NCBI GenBank assembly: GCA_052426225.1
Contig: JBNJNM010000011.1
Span: 2,914,001 to 2,978,000 of the forward strand
Length of the DNA: 64,000 nt
Direction: 5' to 3'
From: Zancudomyces culisetae HAW-14-8
Taxonomy: Eukaryota; Fungi; Kickxellomycota
The number at the start of each line of letters is the position of its first letter. The stretch's first letter is position 1. Below, in pieces: positions 38,183-50,531 of this stretch. The position numbers and the translations under genes are program-made. Under the pieces are notes generated by a model. The model was not told the DNA's origin. It was given only the letters and a program-made list of their open reading frames with translations, and made no database searches.

Positions 38183-39508
38183 TACGCGATGAAATAGAGA
38201 AGCAGAAGGGGTATACCAAAATTCTGAAGTTTTACATGTTTGTATTTAAAATATGCACTTTCTGGGCAGCGGGGCGATAATTTCAGAATATGGAGAAGAG
38301 AGGGAGAGAGGGTGTGTGTGTATGGGTAGTAGCTACGAATGCTATTAATACACAACATTTTTTAACGTTTGTCGTATAATATAGCGATTCAAGAATTCAA
38401 CGGTTTATACTAGCTTTGCATTTGACAACAAAAAGAATAGAATTAAAAATTGTATTATTTTAACCACTTCTTTTCGTTAGATAGGATGAATATGCTTAGT
38501 TTACATATCATTAGTATGCAATCGAACTATGAGGTCGAATGAGTTTAAAAGACAAATGCGTAAAACTTTGCCTTTTTACTTTTGGTGATTTTAGATGGCA
38601 CCTATAACCCCAGGTAGATATGCAAAATTGCATCAGTATTATCATCACACTCGCTTTTAGCTATAGTCGACTTTTTGCACTTATCAGACACCAGCCAGAA
38701 TTTTTTATGAGTAATAAACACACTCGGACCTCAACTAAGCATGGGTATGGGAATGAAAATATAGTGTGAACTTTTTTTTATGTGTAATATATCAGCCAAC
38801 TAACTTGCCTCTGGGATTTTTTTTCATGTAAAATTTACACATAAACAAGCTTAGTGTTTACGTTTTCTTTTTCTCCATCAACGCAAATTACGAATTGGAA
38901 ATTGCTGCTAAAAATGACAACCTTGTAATAATGATGACCAGATATAAACAATCTTAAATTAAATGCCAAATAAACCCAAAAACTAGCCCATAATACTTTC
39001 TATTTTTATTGGCAAACAATTTATTGGATTTTGATGATCTGGTTGAAATAAATCCTTCAAAATTGAGCCATTGGGTAGAACATGAATCGTAAATAAATGA
39101 AATTACAAATGCACCAACAAAGCAGCATCGAATAGTTGATGAACCGGCAAAAAAAAATAGATTTTTTTATCACACATTTCTAAACATTTCTTTGAGAGTT
39201 AGGCAAGAGCGATTGACCAAGCCAAAAAAAAAGAAAAAAAAAACTAACAGAGTTGAGGTGGGATTCATATCTTGGAAATACATATTGGTTTTTACAAATT
39301 CTATCTTTAATAACATACCAACAGACTTTTACCTTATTTTCTAAAAAACGCGTAAAGGAGCAACTATCCCTTTCTCTTTATCGATTGTGCCTGTGGAAAA
39401 GAGATACTTCAAAAACAGTATTTACATAGTACACGATCTACACCCAAACATAAAAAAAATAATCCAAAAACAACAAATAATAGCGATAATAATAATAATA
39501 AAAACAGA

Positions 39509-41059
39509 ATGAAGAGTTTATTTTTGTGCAACTTGCTGCTTTCTCTCAGCGCAGTCCAGGGACTAAACAAGATTGTTATCAAAGGCAAAAAGTTTTTTGA
39601 TTCAACCACAGGAAACGAGTTCTACATTAAAGGCGTAGCATATCAACCAGAAACCGGGGAGCCTGATCCTTTAAATAGAGACCCTCTAGCAGATCCAGTT
39701 GGGTGTGCTCGGGATGCACCGCTACTGAAAGAGCTAGGTGCCAATGTGATTCGAGTATATCAAACATTATGGTCGAACAACCACGACGAATGTATGAAGA
39801 CTTTTTCAAAGAACGGAATATATGTTATGCTTGATGTAGCGACACCAGCAATTTCAATTAACAGGCAAACGCCTTATTGGACAACAGATCTTTTTGATGG
39901 TTTTAGAAAGAAGATCGATGCCTTCGCTGGATACGACAATGTACTTGGGTTTATCATAGGAAACGAGGTTGCTAACGATAAAGAAACTACGCCATCCGCA
40001 GCGTTTGTAAAAGCAGCAACCAGGGATGTCAAAGCATACTTGAGTTTTAACAAGATGGACTATCCAGTTGGATATGCGTCTAACGATGATCAGGACATTA
40101 GAGACCAGCTTAAGACGTACTTTAACTGTGGAGATGATGATTCTGCAAGAGTTGATTTCTATGGGCTGAATTTATACAGTTGGTGCAAATCCACAGATAC
40201 GCTACAAACATCTGGATATGATAAAGTTGTTGCAGAGTACCAAAGCTACAGCGTTCCGCTTATTCTTACCGAGTACGGATGTAACACATACAAACCCCGT
40301 GCGTTTGGTGAAGCAAAGGCACTCTATTCTAGCAGCATGACCGATGTGTTTTCAGGAGGATTTATGTACATGTACACGCAAGAAGAAAATGACTATGGAA
40401 TCGTTCAGGTTTCGTATGGACAAAGCAAGGTAACAAAGCTGGCGGAATTTGACAACCTAAAGAGTGTTCTTACTGGTGCATCTCCACAGGGGGTTAAAAT
40501 GTCTAGTTATAGCTTTTCTGGATCTCCGGAAAAGTGTCCATCCGTTGGGAGCACATGGAAAGTTGACTCAGCAAAGGTTCCCCCAACACCATCAACTGAG
40601 TGCTGTAACTGTATGTTGGATTCACTGTACTGCAAGGTTGATGGCAATTTGGATAATGGCGTGGACCCACAAAAATATCAAAGTATTATATCCACTATCT
40701 GCGCAAAGATTGACTGTAGCCCTATTGAGTACGATACCTCTAAATCGTCATATGGCCAGTTCCAGTTCTGCACGTTACAAGACCGTATGTCCTGGGCTCT
40801 AAATCAATACTACCTTGCCAATAAAAAGAGCTCTTCGTCTTGTGGATACGATATTGTAAAGGGCGTTGTGTCAGCTTCTGTCTCTGTATCCGATGATTCG
40901 GTCTGTGCCGCTAAGAAAAATGATGTTGGAACAGCTAGTAATAACTCCAACGCACCACAACAAAGCCCAAGCTGTTCAGAGACCAGAATTTCATCCTTGA
41001 CTTTTAATACCAATGTCTGCTTTGCAGTCTTTCTATCTGTTTTACTTTTCGTCTTTTAG
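39509..41059 (+). CDS. GH72 1,3-beta-glucanosyltransferase (Gas/Gel/Phr family) with X8 domain, GPI-anchored
   Basis: Signal peptide, FYIKGVAYQ, DPLAD, GNEV and TEYGC catalytic glutamates, Cys-rich X8 box and hydrophobic C-terminus. Confidence 0.95.
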   Translation: MKSLFLCNLLLSLSAVQGLNKIVIKGKKFFDSTTGNEFYIKGVAYQPETGEPDPLNRDPLADPVGCARDAPLLKELGANVIRVYQTLWSNNHDECMKTFSKNGIYVMLDVATPAISINRQTPYWTTDLFDGFRKKIDAFAGYDNVLGFIIGNEVANDKETTPSAAFVKAATRDVKAYLSFNKMDYPVGYASNDDQDIRDQLKTYFNCGDDDSARVDFYGLNLYSWCKSTDTLQTSGYDKVVAEYQSYSVPLILTEYGCNTYKPRAFGEAKALYSSSMTDVFSGGFMYMYTQEENDYGIVQVSYGQSKVTKLAEFDNLKSVLTGASPQGVKMSSYSFSGSPEKCPSVGSTWKVDSAKVPPTPSTECCNCMLDSLYCKVDGNLDNGVDPQKYQSIISTICAKIDCSPIEYDTSKSSYGQFQFCTLQDRMSWALNQYYLANKKSSSSCGYDIVKGVVSASVSVSDDSVCAAKKNDVGTASNNSNAPQQSPSCSETRISSLTFNTNVCFAVFLSVLLFVF

Positions 41060-41592
41060 TATTTTTTCTACTTTTACTATTGCACATCGAAATTTTAAGA
41101 CTCACAGCTTGCGATAATATATCTACGCACTTTTCATGTGGAGACAAAGTAACGCTTTTGTTGGTTTCTTTTTTTAATTTAATTTTATTTTGATGGCTCT
41201 TAAGTAACCTTAATGTTGATGCTTTTAGATGAATTTGGATGGTTGTGTTATTTTTCAAGATTATTTATTGTTTAATAATTCCAGCCAATGACTCGTTTGG
41301 TTGCCACATGCATTTATTCAGATTTTAGCAGCATGTGTGAACTGGAGAATTATACTGGTTTTGGTTTCAGTACCTCCAAAAATAATGTGCACATGAAAAA
41401 ACAAGTGATATGCAAAAGATTATAGGCAGTTATACCAGGAGTTTGAAAATTGTTCTTTAGAAACCCAGCATTATTTTTTTCTGTTTGCGTTATCTGTGTT
41501 TTGTTTTAATCGTTTTCTAGGAATAAAGATTATAAATCCTGTTCGAAAGAGTATAAAAAAAACAAGCCAAGCTCGATAAGAATAGTAAGAAA

Positions 41593-42864
41593 ATGAGTGC
41601 AAGCTTAAAGGGAAAAGTTCTGTTTATAACTGGTGGATCAAGGGGGATAGGCAAGGCTATCGCAATTAGAGCAGCTAGAGATGGGGCCAAAGTTGCAATT
41701 GCAGCAAAAACTGTTGAACCAAACCCAAAGGTAATTGCAATTCTTTTTTTTTAGGTCAGCGTAAATTACAACTTTCATTGTAACAGCCGTTGTAATACGT
41801 TACATAAGGTATAACTCCGGAAACGGCAATAAAAATGGTATTAACTAGAATCAAAAAAATTTTATGAACTATTATTTCAACTCAGCTTGGTGGCACAATA
41901 TTCACTGCAGCTGAAGAAATAGAGAAGGCTGGAGGTGAAGCTCTTCCTATCCAGATGGACATAAGAGACGAGAACAACGTCAAAAGCGCCATTGAAAAAA
42001 CCGCAGAAAAGTTTGGTGGAATAGATATATTGGTAAACAATGGTAAGAATGTAAACTCATATGGCATTAAAGAGCGTAATAAACCATATTTTGCTGTAGT
42101 CTAATCCTAATCCTAATACTAGTACTTCCCCTTCTTCTTCTCTCTCCTCCCCTTTAATTTATTAAATTCTACCACACCCTTGTTTTTGCTCTCAACAGTG
42201 TCTATAGCCCTGATGCTCTGAGAAGGTGTTTTATGTTATATTATTGGTGAATAACGAATAACAATTTAAATTTTTATAAATAGCATCAGCAATATACCTA
42301 AAGGGTACAGAAGACACACCAGTATCCAGATATGACCTGATGAACAACATCAATACCAGAGGAACATGGCTGACATCTAAACTCGCCCTCCCTTACCTGA
42401 AAGCCAGCTCCAACGCTCATATTCTGAATTTGTCACCACCACTTAGCATGGAAAGCAAATGGTTCAAGAATCACACTGCCTACTCGATAGCCAAGTATGG
42501 AATGTCATTGTGTGTGCTGGGTATGTCTGCTGAGTTCCAAAAACACAAAATCGCGGTTAACGCTTTGTGGCCGCTGACCACAATAGCAACAGAGGCATTA
42601 AAGATGATTCCTAACCCAAACTTGGTTTCTAGAAACACTGATATTATTTCTGATTCCGCACACCTCATCTTGACCAAGCCAAGCAGCGAAAAGTGTAATA
42701 CTGGCAACTTCTATTTGGATGAGTTACTGTTACGCAAGCATGGTGTTGTTGATTTTGAAAAGTACAATGCTGTACCAAACACACCTATTGGTAAATTGAC
42801 ATTGGACTTTTTCTTAGACCCCAAACAAGTTGAAGAAGTGATGAAACTTAGGGCTCAACAATAG
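41593..42864 (+). CDS. HSDL2: Short-chain dehydrogenase, HSDL2-like
   Basis: Exons 41593-41730, 41886-42042 and 42284-42864. Motifs ITGGSRGIG, AAKTVEPNPKLGGTI, VNNASAI, YSIAKYGMS and VNALWP. Confidence 0.9.
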
Positions 42865-44371
42865 TTACTGGTTATTTTTTGTTTTGGTTTTGGAATTGGC
42901 ATTGGCATTTTTTTAGTCCTTATTTATGTTAGGGCAACTATTTTGTTTATTTGTTTTTTTTTCTTTTGAGAAACTCGAATATTTGTGAATTCCATCAACT
43001 TTTGTTATACTTGAACTATTATTGCCAGTAATGAATGGTTTGATGAGGAAGTGAGTTCCAGTTGTACTACTTTTTCTAAGCTTTTTTTGTGTTTAACATC
43101 GTGAATAGGTCAGTGCAAATGGTATTAAAGAAACGGATATTCGAGTAGTTGTCAGTAACAAGTCATACAAGAGACATGCTACTGATTTTCTGCTTCTTTT
43201 GGGGAGAGTGCATGATGCGTGAGGCAAACAGATGTGGGATTGTGCGTTCCAATCAGAAACATTAACTCGATGACTGGAGTCAAGAACTCGTATATACCAG
43301 CAGCACACGCATACATAGCAAGAGAGCGACAGAAGATACAAGAGAGTGAAATGCCAAGTGCTTTTTTTTGGGGGATGGGGAGGGCATATTCCAACTTGAT
43401 TTACATTGTGAATTTTTTGATTACTCATTTGACCGCTATGAGCAGTGGAAAAATTGTGTGGGTGGATTTTTACGAGTTATCACAAAAACAGGTGGGGTGT
43501 TTGTTGACACTTTGGTCTTAACCTTGTTTAATTCAACTAGTCGTAAAACAAACACAACATATACACTAAATGTAAACATATGCTGAAGCCAACTAACTTT
43601 GTTTGTGGAAGGAAGAGAAATCCCACCTATGCCATTGGCGATGTTGTTTTCTTTCCGAATATTGCTAAATAGTTTATTTGTGCTGCAAAAAAAGAAATTG
43701 GTGGTAAAAAAAACACCCCAATGGTCTGTATTACAAGTAATTCAAAATTGTATCTAAATTTGTAATCTTCAAACGAGATGCATTAAACTTGGTAGTTTTT
43801 TTTTCTTGGAGGCATTTTGTGGAAGGATGTAAATATCAAGATATCTGGCGCTAATCACAAATCATAAATCCTGTTTGCTATTTATTATTATTTATATTTT
43901 TTTGCAGTTAATTTGCATCAATCAATTTGTTGTTGGGCCAGGTTAGTCATTTCGTCATAAAAAATAATTGTTTCAATAAACAACTACACAATAAAATTGG
44001 CAAATGAGTATATGCGAATTTCCCATTTTTAGAAAAATCACCGTGAATATTTCCCGAAATTCAGGACCTATTAAATGTCAAAGTGTTCAGCAATTTCTAC
44101 TATAAAATAGACGATTAGCGAGTGGGGAGCGAGGATGTGTAACTCTGGACCATAGTTGAGTAAATGTGGATTAATCTATTTATTTAACTAAGCAAGGCCG
44201 AAACTTTCAGTTCTTTTCTCTTTTTAACTTTAAATGTATATTAAAGAGCTTTACTTTTCATTCGAGAAAGTAGTAAAGAACCAGCATTGCCCTCGTTAAG
44301 TATCACGAAACCTTTATAACAAAAATAAATTATAGAAAAGAAAACAGCCAGAAAATACAAAAGAGGTAGCC

Positions 44372-45973
44372 ATGAAGTTTAGTTTAACAGTTGTGAGCGC
44401 TTTGTTTGCACTAAAAAGCACATTGGCAGTCAACCAACTTACAATAAAAGGATCAAAGTTTTTTGACTCAGTCACTGGCCAGCAGTTCTACTTCAAGGGT
44501 ATTGATTATCAGCCAGAGAAGGGAGCACCAGAAGGAGACTTGGATCCACTTGCAGATAGCACAGGATGTACAAGAGACGCAGCTGTTTTTAAGGACTTGG
44601 GAGTAAACTCGATAAGAGTTTACCAGACCGATTATAGTCGAAATCACGACGCTTGTATGAAAACATTCAACGATGCCGGAATTTATGTGTTGATCGATAT
44701 TCCAACACCGAAATACTCAATAGACAGATCAAACCCATCATGGAACACCGAGCTACTCAACATGTACAAGCTCAAGGTTGATGCGTTTATTAACTACCAG
44801 AATCTGGCAGGATTTATAATAGGAAATGAAGTTGCAAATGACGTCCCAACAACTGCATCGGCAGCATTTGTGAAGGCAGCGTTACGAGATATAAAAACAT
44901 ACATTCGTTCAAAAAAGAAGAACATACCGGTTGGGTATGTAGATAACGATGATTTGGACATCCGACTCTCATTAATAGCCTATTTTAACTGTGGAAGCGA
45001 CCCAATGGCACAAGCAGATTTCTATGGCGTTAACACGTATAGATGGTGCGGAGCAAATGCAACATTCAAATCCTCAGGATATGATCAGATGGCAGAACCT
45101 TTCAAAAACTACAGTGTACCCTCGATTGTTACTGAATACGGGTGTAATGTTGTTCAACCAAGAAGTCTTGGAGAAATGGGATCTATATATGGGTCTGACT
45201 TGCAGGATATTATGTCCGGTGGATTTTTGTATCAATATTCACAGGAGGACAACAACTACGGTATAGTTGATGTCTCATATGGAAAGTCAGCAGTTACCAA
45301 ACTCGACGACTATGCTGTATTTAAGAAAAATATGGCCGCTGCTAATCCCAAGGGAACCACAATGAACTCATACAACCCATCTCTTAAGACCTCGTCTTGT
45401 CCATCCGTATCCTCCACCTGGATGTCTTCCAGCACTCTTCCACCACCACCATCAGAATCTGTCTGTAGCTGTATGGTTAAGTCTTTGAGCTGTGTTGTAG
45501 GATCGAGCTATTCAACTGACGATACTGGCATGGTGAATGCTCTTTCAAATTCTGCATCAACTATTTGTGGTCTTACTTCCTGTGCAGATGTAACTGCAGA
45601 CAGCAAGAATGGTACCTATGGTCCATACAGCTACTGCAGCTCAACTCAGCGCTTGCAATGGATCATCAACAAGAACTATCTGAACCAAAACAAAAACAGC
45701 TCTGCCTGCAAGATTACTGGAGCTCCTCTCAACGTCGTTTCACCATCACAGTCCAATATCAATTCATGCCCTAACTCAAGCTCCTCGAGTGTCACAGACG
45801 CTCCCACTGCTCCCAGTGGCACCAAACCTGGTGGATCCTCCAATTCAGGCGGGTCTTCCAGCTCAGATGGGTCTTCCAGCCAGTCAGGCACCACCGGTTC
45901 TGCTCAATCTTTGATTTTGAACCATACCGCCGCCTTTATTCTCGTTTTATTGTGCTCTTTTTCACTGTTTTGA
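44372..45973 (+). CDS. Second GH72 1,3-beta-glucanosyltransferase with X8 domain, GPI-anchored
   Basis: Signal peptide, FYFKGIDYQ, GNEV, TEYGC, X8 cysteines, Ser/Gly-rich stalk and hydrophobic tail. Confidence 0.95.
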   Translation: MKFSLTVVSALFALKSTLAVNQLTIKGSKFFDSVTGQQFYFKGIDYQPEKGAPEGDLDPLADSTGCTRDAAVFKDLGVNSIRVYQTDYSRNHDACMKTFNDAGIYVLIDIPTPKYSIDRSNPSWNTELLNMYKLKVDAFINYQNLAGFIIGNEVANDVPTTASAAFVKAALRDIKTYIRSKKKNIPVGYVDNDDLDIRLSLIAYFNCGSDPMAQADFYGVNTYRWCGANATFKSSGYDQMAEPFKNYSVPSIVTEYGCNVVQPRSLGEMGSIYGSDLQDIMSGGFLYQYSQEDNNYGIVDVSYGKSAVTKLDDYAVFKKNMAAANPKGTTMNSYNPSLKTSSCPSVSSTWMSSSTLPPPPSESVCSCMVKSLSCVVGSSYSTDDTGMVNALSNSASTICGLTSCADVTADSKNGTYGPYSYCSSTQRLQWIINKNYLNQNKNSSACKITGAPLNVVSPSQSNINSCPNSSSSSVTDAPTAPSGTKPGGSSNSGGSSSSDGSSSQSGTTGSAQSLILNHTAAFILVLLCSFSLF

Positions 45974-46411
45974 TGTTGTGTTGATTTACGATTTTATATT
46001 TTACCATTTATTCCCTAAGTTAATCGTTTACGCCTTATAACATATCCCAAAAGCAATAAACTTATACTCGAGTTGAAGTCTGCTCGCTTTCCTATTTTCT
46101 CTGCTATTTCTTTTGAATTAGCACGTGTTTTTTTGTAGCTCGTCATCCAATCAAATAGTTTGTCGATGGTTTTTTTTTATCAATTTGGCTTTCACTTCCT
46201 AATTCAACACAAAAAAATCATCAGATAGTTTAAAAATTAATTGCATCTACACTTTGTTTAGTGTTGTTGCTAATTTATAATGGCTGATAAGCTTAAATAC
46301 CTTTTGTATTATAGTTTAAGGTTATTTGAATTGTAACCTCGTATTTTATTTCCATAAAATTTATACAACTACTAAAATATAATACATTTTTATTCACGAT
46401 TCATCACAAAA

Positions 46412-47547
46412 ATGACAGAATTCATCCACATTGAAAGGAGTCGGTAAGCCTCAAACCATTTCAATTACTTTATATAACTTGAATTCGAAAAAATATACTT
46501 ACCACATTAGGAAAACTCAGTCACTTTAAATACCAACAGCAACTTTACTTTTATTTATGACACATAGTTTGTTCAACGACATGCAGTATAGAAATGACTA
46601 TATATGTGCATTTCTTGGATTTACTGACAAAGATAAGATTCTAATTAAAAACTCGGCACCGATCCTTGATCCTCTAATTCCCTCTATTGTTGATGCGCTT
46701 TTTATTAAAATGCTATCATATGATGCTATAAGAGTAAGACCTATATTCTACGAAATCTACTATTTTTATTTTTTCCTATTTTTCTCCCTATACTGGTTCT
46801 ATATCAGGATTTTCAAGATATTCTTGTCTACAGTAAAAATAATTTCAAAAGAGTTTTGATTTTATGAACTACCTCTTCTATTATCGCTGTTACTAAACTC
46901 TCCACTATACCCGTTGTTTTTGTTACTGACCATCACCTCATGTTATAATATGCTTTCTGTGTCTAAGTTTGTATGTTTGTTCTTTGTAGGCAAAGTTCTT
47001 GGAAGATATGGAAGGATTCGAGTCAAAAACCAAAGAAACCATGGTATCTCTTTCATTAGACTCACCTCCAATTAAGTTTCGAAAGGAGATGATGCAAAAA
47101 TATCTACATAAAGTACTGTCAGCCACCTGGGACTTTTCATTTTTACGATACATCGACTGGGTCGCAAAAATCCACTCAGATACACCAGAAAAGAAAACAA
47201 CCGTGAAAATTGAGTACATACACATTGTTGCGTTCTTCGGCTATCTTTCGGGAATTTTGACTGATGCCATATGTCGAATAAGCGAGTTGGATGAAGAGAC
47301 TAAGGCCAATACTATCACTGCATTTAACAAGTTTTTGTACATTCAAAACGACCTTTTCACCAAATACTGTATAAACGAGGATTATGAGAATGAGCAGCTA
47401 CTTGAAACTAGCTTCGAATCAAAGAAGAAAGAAGCCCTTGGAGTCGCAACCCAAACTCGTCGTGAGTTTATACCCTATCTTGTATCTTTTGCTGTTGGTG
47501 GCTTGGTTTTAGGGTTTGTGACTGCCAGGGTATTTAATTCCAAATAG
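46412..47547 (+). CDS. Protoglobin/sensor-type single-domain globin with a C-terminal TM helix
   Basis: Exons 46412-46443, 46568-46733 and 46990-47547. FLGFTDKD, PLIPSIVDALFIKMLSYD, YIDWVAKIH (putative proximal His), IEYIHIVAFFGYL and AFNKFLYIQNDLF fit fungal protoglobin-like proteins. Confidence 0.85.
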
Positions 47548-48002
47548 CTTGCTACAACCATATGGCCGCTTTCTTTTCTTTTTTTCCTATCTTATGATGG
47601 ATTTCATTACTTTTTTGTTGCCTGCTTTTATTTGGCACTTGTTTTATTCAATATTGACGCGGATTTATATTATGCATTTATTTAATTTGCTAGCTTTGTT
47701 TTTGTTAACCTATAATTTCAGCCTATTAAATAGATCCCTCTAGACATTTACACAACTATTTGATAGATTGACAAGATAAGAAGATGTGGTTCGTGGATTT
47801 TTATAAAGGATGTGTTGAGTTTTAAAGAAACACCAGTTTTCTTTTAAAGCTTTTTATTTATAGCTAGTATACACTGTATAAGAAGGAAGTTTATTCCTAA
47901 ATGTCACTATGATATATCGTTTATCATTAACCTCATTATTTACTCTCACCTGAGCATAAGCTTAAAAAATATAATTTAATATTAAAAAGTTTCAAAGTAA
48001 AA

Positions 48003-50531
48003 ATGCCACAAAAGCTGCAAAAGAAGGGCAGCACTCTAGGCATGGAAAACGGCACATTGTCATACCAGAAAAAGGGTAGGGCCGAGGAGAAAATGGTGGA
48101 GCTGTTGAAGAATGCGAGCATTAATATCGGATTAAGCGAGGACGAAGTGGTTGAATTGACGGTTTCGGGTATAGGAAAGGATGGAAAATACAAGCTTGTT
48201 GCCTTTGAACTATCGGAATTGGATGAATTTGGCAGTACGAAGGATAGTGTTACATGGACAACTTTTAAAAAGCCAGTAAGCAACCATTTTATAGTGTTTT
48301 TTTTTTGAAGGTTACAATTTTTCACCTAAATGTTAAATACCTTAATAAGTTACACTCTATTATATTACAATTTGATCGCATATTCAAAGTACATTAAACA
48401 ATATAAATAATAGACACGTCTCATGGTGTATAAGACAGATAATAATGCTAAACTGAAAGATATCGAAAGGTTTTTTTTCACGGCTAAGGCTATTTTAATG
48501 AACTACACTCGCAATAATGACAATACTGATATCGAGTCCTTAGTCAGTGAAATGCCTAAATTGAAGCTAGACGAAGAAGAAAAGGCTAGTGATAAGAAAT
48601 CTGATGAAGAAGAAAAACCTAATGATAAGAAACTAAATGAGGAAGAAAAATATAATGATAAGAAACCAAGTGAGGGAGAAGAGCCTGGTGATAAGGAATC
48701 GGATGAAAAGGAGGCAGATAAATTTTCTGAGGAGCTGGAAACTATTTTAAAAGAGCTCGAGTGTGAGTTTGATAAAAACAGGTATCCATTCAAACCTGAA
48801 GCCATGGCTGTTGGAAAAACCGAAACAAAAGTTGCTGGGGAGTTATTGATGTATGATGTCATGGCCAAATCATTTAAAACTCTTGAAAAGAGCGTAACAG
48901 TCGAAGTTATAAAAACAAAAGAGCTTGAATACTATATGAATGTGTATACGGAAAAAACCGATATCATATCGCAGTTTATAGAGCCAAAGATGAATGCAAT
49001 GCTCAACTCCGAAAACAAAACAATAGGTTGGAATAGCTTTGACAGGTTTGGAGTTCCATATTCATTATCACTAGTATTTCCCGATGTTAATGCGTATAGT
49101 ACACTGCTGAAGGTATTGGTCAAGGCAGCTTATGAGTTTAACAACAAGATGAGCTGGGAAAAGATTTCAGAAAGAGATAGACAATACATAACTGACACCA
49201 CCGAAAGTGCGCTTGATCCCAGCAAGGGACTGCAACCTTCATCCAATGAAAACAGCGAGGAAGGCTTTTCAGATTCAGGATACACTTCAGAGACTGAGGA
49301 TGAAGCGCTAGATGAGGAGGATCGAAGTGAAGATGAGATTTACCAGGACAGTTCTGAGGGCTACGAATCGGATGAGTCTTCTCAGGGGATAAATGTAACA
49401 AAGAAGCGACATACCACAAAAAACAAGCACCCTATCTCTAGAGGGGGTACAAGAAAACAAAACACCCAGCTGGTCGTAGGATATAAAGATGGGCGGTCAT
49501 ATGTGCTCCAGGGAAACGATATTTTGGTCTATGGGCTTACAAATAGGGGAAAACTCAAGAAATCTACCACTATAGATAACATAACTGATACCAAAAACAT
49601 AACTTTCACCCCGGAGAAGCTTATGCTTCATAATCAAGATTCAGTTTTAGTACTTACAAACAAGGAAAACCCAAACAGCTTATTTAAAATGGATTTGGAA
49701 GTAGGGAAAGTTGTTGAGGAATGGAAGCTTGGGGATTATCTAGTTCCAAGTGATATTGTTCCAGAGTCTAGATACGCACAAACCACGCCTACTCAAACAT
49801 TTGTTGGTATCTCACACAACTCTTTATTTAAAATCGATCCAAGACTTCCCACTTTGAAAGTCGGCGAATCACAAATACAACAATACTCTAGCAAGCTGCG
49901 ATTTACATCAGTTGCTACAACTAGCGAGGGAAATCTTGTTGTTGGTAGTGGTAAAGGCGAGCTTAGACTATTTGACAGAGTTGGCGTTAAAGCTAAAACA
50001 TCCCTACCTGCTCTTGGAGAGCCTATAATTGGTGTGGACGTAACTTCTGATGGAAGATACGTGATAGCTACCTGCAGATCTCATATTCTGCTTATTGACA
50101 CTCTGCTCCCTCCAACGGGTGATAGTAGTAAACACAAGCTTATTAAAAGGACAGGGTTCTTAGCATCTTTTCCCCAAAATGCTAAACCTATGCCAAAACG
50201 TCTATACATACGACCCGAACATCTTGTTTTGATGAACCAAAAACAGGTTTCATTTACCCCGGCTAAGTTCAACCTTGACTTTGACTATTTCACCAGCAGT
50301 AAAAGAGTCGAAACAACGATTGTTGCCTCCTCAGGCCCATATGTCATCACCTGGAACCTAAACAAAGTTTTAAAATCCGGAAAGGGTGATGTTTATAGTA
50401 TCAAGAAGCATAATGATGTGATAGTTGCTGGTGATTTTGTTTTTGGCCATGATAATTCTATAGTTGTGACTATGCCCTACAATGTTGACGTTGTGAAAAA
50501 ACGGCAATTCTCGAAGCCAGACAAACTCTAG
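48003..50531 (+). CDS. VID27: Vacuolar import and degradation protein 27
   Basis: Intron 48276-48413. Acidic linker, then FTPEKLMLH, LFKMDLEVGKVVEEW, TFVGISHNSLFKIDPRL, AKTSLPALGEPIIGVDVTSDGRY and SFTPAKFN. The start could be 48003 or a later ATG. Confidence 0.92.

Noticed and set aside
43093-43586. Overlapping short ORFs between HSDL2 and the second GH72 gene
   Set aside because: No motif or consistent exon structure; probably promoter sequence.
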